Source of the DNA: Spirochaetia bacterium
GTDB lineage: Bacteria > Spirochaetota > Spirochaetia > WTKD01 > G963693115
NCBI GenBank assembly: GCA_965226055.1
Contig: CBDDCA010000006.1
Coordinates: 352,001 to 416,000 of the forward strand
Reading direction: 5' to 3'
DNA length: 64,000 nt
This document shows, in pieces, positions 57,734 through 64,000 of this stretch; positions within the stretch are counted from its first letter, which is position 1; every line of letters starts with the position of its first letter. The notes under the pieces are model-generated. The model saw only the letters and a list, made by a program, of their open reading frames with translations, ran no database searches and was not told the origin of the DNA. A program made the position numbers and the translations under genes.

Positions 57734-58639
57734 TTACCAAAGAATGTTAGGTATCTCTCCTGATTCAATCAATGACAAAATACCGTCTTGAACTTTTTCT
57801 TTATCTTCCTTATAGGTAATACCATACCACTTTGCAGCAGTTTGCATAACATGTATAGTAATTTTGTGTTGCATAGAAAGTTCCCCTAAATATGCAGGAA
57901 TAAGAAATTCAGCTTTTTCTTCGTGCAGATGCTCTTTAAGAAAATCATTAAATCCTTCTTCAAGCAGAGAAAAAATAGTAGGAGTAAAGGACATAAGATT
58001 CATGGACGCAATAGTATCTTGCTGCAGCTCTTTCTTTTCTGTGTCAGTAATACTATATATCTTCTTTCCATCTTCTGCATATTCTATTTTTTTATGCTCT
58101 TCAAGATGTAATAGTATATTATTACTATCCACTTCACACACCCCTCTTGAAACCGAACCATTTCGAGATAACGTATTCCCTAATTTATAACATAAGTTTA
58201 AGTAATGGGTACTATGCACATCACTTGATTGCAAAAAATCATGCGATGCTTGTAATGCTTCATAAGCATAATAATCATCACCATTGATCATAGTAAAATT
58301 ACCAGCAACACACTCTTTGCTTAATACCACTGCATGACCTGTACCCCATGGTTTCTTTCTCCCAGAAGGAACAGAATAGCCCGAAGGCAGTGCATCAAGT
58401 TCTTGGTATACATATTTCACTTGAACATGTGAAGGCAATCTATCCTTAAAAAAATGATGAAATTGCTCCTCAGTCTCCTTTCTGATAATCATGACAATAG
58501 ATGCATATCCAGCTTTTAGTGCATTATAAATAGAATATTCTATCAGAGATTCACCATGAGGACCAACTTTTTCTAACTGCTTTAAGCCACCATATCGACT
58601 GCCTACCCCTGCAGCTAGAATAACAAGACTATTTTCCAT
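57734..58639 (-). CDS. Sugar-phosphate nucleotidyltransferase family protein
   Basis: LAAGVGSRYGGLKQ, KPWGTGHAV, INGDDYY, GSVSRG, WYGITYKED. Confidence 0.88.
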   Translation of the reverse strand: MENSLVILAAGVGSRYGGLKQLEKVGPHGESLIEYSIYNALKAGYASIVMIIRKETEEQFHHFFKDRLPSHVQVKYVYQELDALPSGYSVPSGRKKPWGTGHAVVLSKECVAGNFTMINGDDYYAYEALQASHDFLQSSDVHSTHYLNLCYKLGNTLSRNGSVSRGVCEVDSNNILLHLEEHKKIEYAEDGKKIYSITDTEKKELQQDTIASMNLMSFTPTIFSLLEEGFNDFLKEHLHEEKAEFLIPAYLGELSMQHKITIHVMQTAAKWYGITYKEDKEKVQDGILSLIESGEIPNILW

Positions 58640-58673
58640 ACTCCCTCATATCAAAAAAATAAGTTATACGATA

Positions 58674-59369
58674 TTAACGCCAAGAAAGAGTCTCTACCAT
58701 ATAGTATATATTGTATTCATTTCCCTTTCTTTGGGAAACACTATGCTTTTCAATTACAAATACAAGCGATCTGTTATCTAAGCTCGTATAGATTGAACGT
58801 AAGACATATTTCTCTACCAAAGGTCTATAAAAATTTTGATTGCCAACAATAAAAGAATAGCGTCTTCCTTGATACGATATAGTTACATCCACTAGCATCT
58901 TAGCTTCTGGCTGACGCACACTGCTCATACGCGTATGTTGTTGGAGAGAAACTGTGTAGTTTGTATTTGTATTAAAGTCGGTAAAACTCAGCTCTGATGA
59001 GGGTTCTTTTCCATCCAACAATATATATATTAACTTTCCTTTATTCAGCGAATTGATATTATATTGTTTTAGTACAAAACTCGCTTGTAATAATGTAGAA
59101 AATAAAGCACCAATACCATTTTCCTCTAATTGTGTCTTTACATTATACTTATTCTGGAATATTCCGTTATTGACAAAATCATTTTGCCGAACATCCACTA
59201 CATACAGATTTGAAAAAGGCTTTGTATCTTCAGCAAGCCCGTATTCCGCAAATGAAAAGTATTTCATATCATCAGAAAAGCCTACAATTTCAAAATTTGC
59301 CAATTCTCCTGAAAACACATAGTAGTGAATAATAATGAGAAAAGTGAACAAAAATATATTCTTCTTCAT
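58674..59369 (-). CDS. Secreted protein, DUF2259-like
   Basis: Signal peptide, GFSDDMKYFSFAEYG, YVVDVRQNDFV, YMVET. Confidence 0.7.
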   Translation of the reverse strand: MKKNIFLFTFLIIIHYYVFSGELANFEIVGFSDDMKYFSFAEYGLAEDTKPFSNLYVVDVRQNDFVNNGIFQNKYNVKTQLEENGIGALFSTLLQASFVLKQYNINSLNKGKLIYILLDGKEPSSELSFTDFNTNTNYTVSLQQHTRMSSVRQPEAKMLVDVTISYQGRRYSFIVGNQNFYRPLVEKYVLRSIYTSLDNRSLVFVIEKHSVSQRKGNEYNIYYMVETLSWR

Positions 59370-59502
59370 ATTACTTTAATTATTATCGTATATTTTTAAA
59401 ATATAATAAAGGCTTTATCATTACTTTATGTACTACTTTCCCTATTTTGCAAGAAAATAACAGGAAAAATACAAATAAAAAATATAATACAATAGTCGTA
59501 GT

Positions 59503-60267
59503 ATGAACAACACTGTACTGAGAAATATCATCTTTTTCTATGCATCGCTTATTTTTATATCAATGATTTCTTTGATATACACCTTTTTTAATTATGTCAA
59601 TACCTCAGCTCCCTTTATATCTCAAATATTTCTCTTCTTAAAACCCATTCTTAGCTTATTACTTTTTATTTTTGCAATAGTACTTATTTACTTCTTTAGA
59701 AACACCATGCGACCTCAACAGTTTTTCTTTTCTGCATTTCTCTTATCTTCATCAATACTCCCTCTCGTATCTTCAATACTAGAGCATTCACATACATTTA
59801 TTTCTACAGGAACCCTTGTTGTACTAGTGTTCAACTTTTTTTACATTGTCATGCTACTCTTTCTCTTCTGTTCTGCAATAACATATCATTACAGTAACAC
59901 TCCTCTTGCAATGATGCTATTCTTTTTTATTCTTATTATATCAGCTATCTTTGTACGATATGGACTGCTAGTATCCACAACATTAAATGAACAAACATGG
60001 TATTTTTTAGGAGGCATTACACTTTTTACTACTATTGTAATCATACTATATGCAATTATTATCGTATTGTATATATTTGGACTACGAAATTTTGAAATAA
60101 GAAAAACAGCAGCATATATTCAAACTACATTTCTTTTCTCATCTATACTTCTTATCAATATTATTACATTCTCTATAAAATCTCCCTATGTATTACTGGG
60201 AACGACATTATTACTTATTATTTCTCTTTGTAAATACTTACAAGGATATTTTTATCATGTGCTATAA
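59503..60267 (+). CDS. Hypothetical polytopic membrane protein
   Basis: 254-aa, highly hydrophobic ORF. Confidence 0.65.
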   Translation: MNNTVLRNIIFFYASLIFISMISLIYTFFNYVNTSAPFISQIFLFLKPILSLLLFIFAIVLIYFFRNTMRPQQFFFSAFLLSSSILPLVSSILEHSHTFISTGTLVVLVFNFFYIVMLLFLFCSAITYHYSNTPLAMMLFFFILIISAIFVRYGLLVSTTLNEQTWYFLGGITLFTTIVIILYAIIIVLYIFGLRNFEIRKTAAYIQTTFLFSSILLINIITFSIKSPYVLLGTTLLLIISLCKYLQGYFYHVL

Positions 60268-60301
60268 AATCTCATCTAAATATGGAAATTATCTTTTACT
60301 G

Positions 60302-60883
60302 CTACATCACAAAGTACGGTACTGCTCCAACAGAAAGGGGTATCATTAAATTATCCACATGTTCAAGCTGAAGACTTTCAATAAGGCCAGATACTATCCC
60401 CACTATAACAGCAAGATGAACAGGCACTGGTAAAAACAGACACCATACTAACACAGCTATAATATTAAAGATAGTCCCTACAAAAGACTTTTTTTTATTC
60501 CAAAATACCTTAGGGCTTGGAAATAATGTCCCCATAATAGCCGCTATACTATCTCCCAAAGTAGTGGCAATAAATGCAATTTTCGCATACAGAGGAGCAT
60601 AAATTTCCAGTACCAGCACAAACCCAAGCATAAGAGTGAGAGGAGCAAACGCTATAGTGGTAACCTCTTTCTCACGTAATACAAAACGAGTAATATTACT
60701 GAGATATGGTATATATATTTTTCTTAACCGAAGTTCTTCTAAAAGATAATAGCAAATTCCTAGTATCACCAAACTTAACTGTAACACACGAATAGGCACT
60801 CTATCAATAAGAAAAACATATACAATAAATAGCATATGTATGGATTTACGTATTAGCTCATTTATTAACGTAAATTTACTCAT
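60302..60883 (-). CDS. Polyprenol/diacylglycerol kinase family protein (SEC59/DGK1/VTE5)
   Basis: ELIRKSIH, LGDSIAAIMG, KKSFVG, DNLMIP. Confidence 0.82.
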   Translation of the reverse strand: MSKFTLINELIRKSIHMLFIVYVFLIDRVPIRVLQLSLVILGICYYLLEELRLRKIYIPYLSNITRFVLREKEVTTIAFAPLTLMLGFVLVLEIYAPLYAKIAFIATTLGDSIAAIMGTLFPSPKVFWNKKKSFVGTIFNIIAVLVWCLFLPVPVHLAVIVGIVSGLIESLQLEHVDNLMIPLSVGAVPYFVM

Positions 60884-60904
60884 AAATTAAGTATAATAAA
60901 AAAA

Positions 60905-62158
60905 ATGGATACAGTAAACAAATCAACATGTTCATATAAAAAATATGTAATATCTCCTCTCTACTGGTTATATGTAATAGTTATTTTTACCAGTTGTACA
61001 ACATATTCAAAGCCTCATATAAACACTATTGACAAAGAAACATCAGATACAGAAATATCCGTTCCTTTGCCTCCTACCAATAGAGAAATACTAGAGAAGA
61101 AATACCCACATATCATAAGCAACATTATAGAACAATACATTGCACTCTCAGATGAAGAAAAAGTAGCACAGCTACTTATTATTCAAGCACAAAACAAAGA
61201 GAATGGATCGTTATTACGGACTATACAAAATAAACAAGAATTTCAAACCCACTTTCCGTATTCTGCTGGAGGATACATTCTGTTTAAGGATAACATTGTC
61301 AGCATAGAACAACTACAAATGTTTATAAAACAGCTAAAAGCGTATTCAACTATAGCACCATTTATTTCTATTGATGTAGAAGGAGGAGCAGTAAATCGTT
61401 TTCGTCACCTTTCTCATCCATTGCTTTCTACGATACCTTCGGCAAGACAACTTGCTATGTCAAAGACTACACTTGAAACAAGAACGTATATGACACGTAT
61501 TGGACATGCTTTAAGAGAGTTAGGCATAAATATGAACTTTGCTCCTGTAGCAGATATTGAGTACCCTCGCACTCATCCTTTTCTTTTTTCTCGTATTTTT
61601 TCAGATGATCATCGTACTACAGCAAGCTATGTAGTTGCAGTAGCAACAGGACTACATGACGCGGGCATTATCTCAGTACTTAAGCATTTTCCAGGACACG
61701 GCTCTGCAGCAGAAGATAGCCATTTCACATTACCGCATGTTCCTGTTAGTACAGACACCCTTACACAAAAAGATTTACTTCCGTATATGTCACAGATACC
61801 ATTAGGACTTGACGCAATAATGATAGGGCATCTTTCAATACCAAGTTTAGATACACAGTTTGCTCCTGCATCACCTGCAGTAATACAAATAGCCAAAGAG
61901 TACTTACATTTTACTGGATTATTCATCACCGATTCACTGAGAATGAAAGCAGTACAAAATTGGGATCATCAGACAGATGCAAGCATTGAAGAATTACTCT
62001 TTCAGGCAGGTGTTGATATACTCCTAGATCCAACAGAGTATGTACAAACAGTACATACTCTTACACAACGATTTAAGAATGATAGTACATTTAGAAACAT
62101 GATTACAGCAAAAGTATTAAAAACGCTTCAAATAAAATATAAGTACAATATCCTATAA
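60905..62158 (+). CDS. GH3 beta-N-acetylhexosaminidase, NagZ-like
   Basis: GGYILF, IDVEGGAVNR, NFAPVAD, KHFPGHG...DSH, IMIGH, ITDSLRM. Confidence 0.9.
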   Translation: MDTVNKSTCSYKKYVISPLYWLYVIVIFTSCTTYSKPHINTIDKETSDTEISVPLPPTNREILEKKYPHIISNIIEQYIALSDEEKVAQLLIIQAQNKENGSLLRTIQNKQEFQTHFPYSAGGYILFKDNIVSIEQLQMFIKQLKAYSTIAPFISIDVEGGAVNRFRHLSHPLLSTIPSARQLAMSKTTLETRTYMTRIGHALRELGINMNFAPVADIEYPRTHPFLFSRIFSDDHRTTASYVVAVATGLHDAGIISVLKHFPGHGSAAEDSHFTLPHVPVSTDTLTQKDLLPYMSQIPLGLDAIMIGHLSIPSLDTQFAPASPAVIQIAKEYLHFTGLFITDSLRMKAVQNWDHQTDASIEELLFQAGVDILLDPTEYVQTVHTLTQRFKNDSTFRNMITAKVLKTLQIKYKYNIL

Positions 62159-62171
62159 TGTATTATTGTTA

Positions 62172-64000
62172 CTACATCTTTGAAAATGTACATTGTACAG
62201 AATAATCTAACTCTTCTGACAATTTCATTGACAAAGGAACTGAGAATAAAAGACTCGTATATTGATAAGAAACAGTTTCCGGTAACCGCTGACTCATTTC
62301 ATGAACAGGAGCAATACTAATATCTGTTTTTTTTGAAAAGTAAAAATGCAATTCTTCTTTTTTATATGTATGCTGTATTACTAGCTCCTCTGTAGTGAAA
62401 TGGGAAAATGCTCCTGCTACATATGTTTTTCCATTTGCTATAATAGTACAAAACGCTTTGTCATCCGAAAAAAAAGAAAGGTTCACCTCAATAATATGTT
62501 GTACAGAACAAGGGATGCTAAGGTTATTGTTATAATCATAGTGCAATGTTACGGTATTTCCTCGTACCTGATACTGCTTTTTTATTCCTATATCCATATG
62601 CGTACTATCATTCTCTTCAAGTATTGATGTATGCGGCTGACTCACCTTTTTTTTCGACTCATAAGAAACAGAAGCATGTGATTCAGAAGCGGATAAAAAA
62701 CCATACTGTACAGGTACATGTGTATATTCATTATTAAGCACTTTTTTATGCCATGTATCAATAGATACAGTATCCTCACATAAAAAATCCTTAAAGCTCC
62801 ATGGTGCGTACTGAGGCTTTTGATACGGCACAAAACAAGAAGAATAATTCCATCGTTTGAGATTTGATGTTCGCTCTAAAAGACACACCGAAGCCCATAA
62901 AGGTTCTATGAGTACATTAAACGATGCAGTGTTAATAAACTGTTCATCAACACTATCCAGATTCATATCCACATTGCTTACTTTTGTCACTTTGTTTTTT
63001 ATTGTTTGCTTTATAATTTTTTCAATGGCATTAAGTGCTTTATATGCATTTTGGCGTATTGTTTTATGATGGATTCCCCATTGCGTAGTTGCTTTCCAGA
63101 GCGAAAAATGATTTTGTTCTATCCAAAGGCTGAGATTCATAGACGCATAATCTATATTCTTATGTTTTTTACATGCCTCAATTAAACGCATCACATATTG
63201 AAGACGTCCATACAGCAACCTACTTTCAGGCCGCGAATTTACAAACTTGCTAAAAGTAGCAATTTCTCCATCTCCCCATGGAGCGATTCGTATTCTACAC
63301 ACATCTTTAGAAACTACATTACTCTTTTTAATAAAGTATCGAGGTAACGCAGAGTGTTTTGTCAGATTATTTTCTTCCATTTTTTGCTGAAATAGCTCTA
63401 GCTCATCGAAAAAACTTGGAGAATCATATAAAATACTACTATCACAAAGAAAAATAGATATTTTTGCATTTGATTGATTATTGCGTCCTTGAGAATAAAA
63501 GTACATATTATCATGTAATACCACCGTATTTTTATACGAATGAAAATACGGTAAAGCAATAAGTGTTTTTCCTAGCTGTTCAAGAAGCCCTATATTTTCT
63601 AATACTGGTTCAGGTTCAACATATGTTCTATTCACCATAAGAAAGCGAATACCACTTTGTCTCAACGTATGTATAATGGAACTATCAAAAGTGCCGGGAT
63701 GTATCCACACCCCATTCACATGTGTCCCATAAGTCTTGGTAATAAAATGATGTAATTTTTCTAACTGGCCTCTTTGATCCTTTTTTGCTTGAATAAGTGG
63801 AGCAGCATCATAATACATACCTCCTAATAACTCAACTTGATCCCTATGTATCAATTCAAGCAATACATCTTTATACTCTTTTCCTTTGCTTTCAAAATAC
63901 TCTAACACTCGTCCTGATATATATATATAAAATTTTATTGACGGATGTGTGTATACTACTTTCAAATAAGGAGATACCCATTGCAAACAATACCGCTCTA
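62172..64000 (-). CDS. GH57 / DUF1925-DUF1926 alpha-amylase/glucanotransferase-like protein (5' end outside window)
   Basis: YISG, QVELLGGMYY, RPESRLLY, VDMNLDSVDE, EVNLSF. The frame stays open to the window end. Confidence 0.72.
   Translation of the reverse strand, partial: ERYCLQWVSPYLKVVYTHPSIKFYIYISGRVLEYFESKGKEYKDVLLELIHRDQVELLGGMYYDAAPLIQAKKDQRGQLEKLHHFITKTYGTHVNGVWIHPGTFDSSIIHTLRQSGIRFLMVNRTYVEPEPVLENIGLLEQLGKTLIALPYFHSYKNTVVLHDNMYFYSQGRNNQSNAKISIFLCDSSILYDSPSFFDELELFQQKMEENNLTKHSALPRYFIKKSNVVSKDVCRIRIAPWGDGEIATFSKFVNSRPESRLLYGRLQYVMRLIEACKKHKNIDYASMNLSLWIEQNHFSLWKATTQWGIHHKTIRQNAYKALNAIEKIIKQTIKNKVTKVSNVDMNLDSVDEQFINTASFNVLIEPLWASVCLLERTSNLKRWNYSSCFVPYQKPQYAPWSFKDFLCEDTVSIDTWHKKVLNNEYTHVPVQYGFLSASESHASVSYESKKKVSQPHTSILEENDSTHMDIGIKKQYQVRGNTVTLHYDYNNNLSIPCSVQHIIEVNLSFFSDDKAFCTIIANGKTYVAGAFSHFTTEELVIQHTYKKEELHFYFSKKTDISIAPVHEMSQRLPETVSYQYTSLLFSVPLSMKLSEELDYSVQCTFSKM

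Overview
AT-rich chromosomal window, most likely from a spirochaete. This is inferred from the DUF2259- and DUF6675-like proteins, the cyclophilin-FKBP lipoprotein and the AGQQE/ANGGSE-style solute-binding N-termini. Housekeeping genes (recR end, citrate synthase, isocitrate dehydrogenase, radA, ctpA, lgt, uppP, a lytic transglycosylase, ugd, nagZ-like, tRNA-Arg) are interleaved with accessory DNA: (1) a type II-like R-M pair; (2) a type I R-M operon with a HEPN toxin between hsdM and hsdS, whose cognate MNT antitoxin is fused in frame to HsdS; (3) an orphan hsdS 5' fragment about 48 kb away that shares a 32-bp identical inverted repeat with the fusion junction; (4) an apparently intact P-type Trb type IV secretion set (trbBCDEJL / trbFGI plus traF-like) with no relaxase, coupling protein or integrase in the window, split by a 7.3-kb sugar-acid uptake cassette; (5) a second TRAP transporter; (6) an IS1016-like element next to a truncated FN3/DUF285 surface-protein gene; and (7) several remnants or pseudo-enzymes. 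All family calls come from motifs recognised by eye; no database searches were run.
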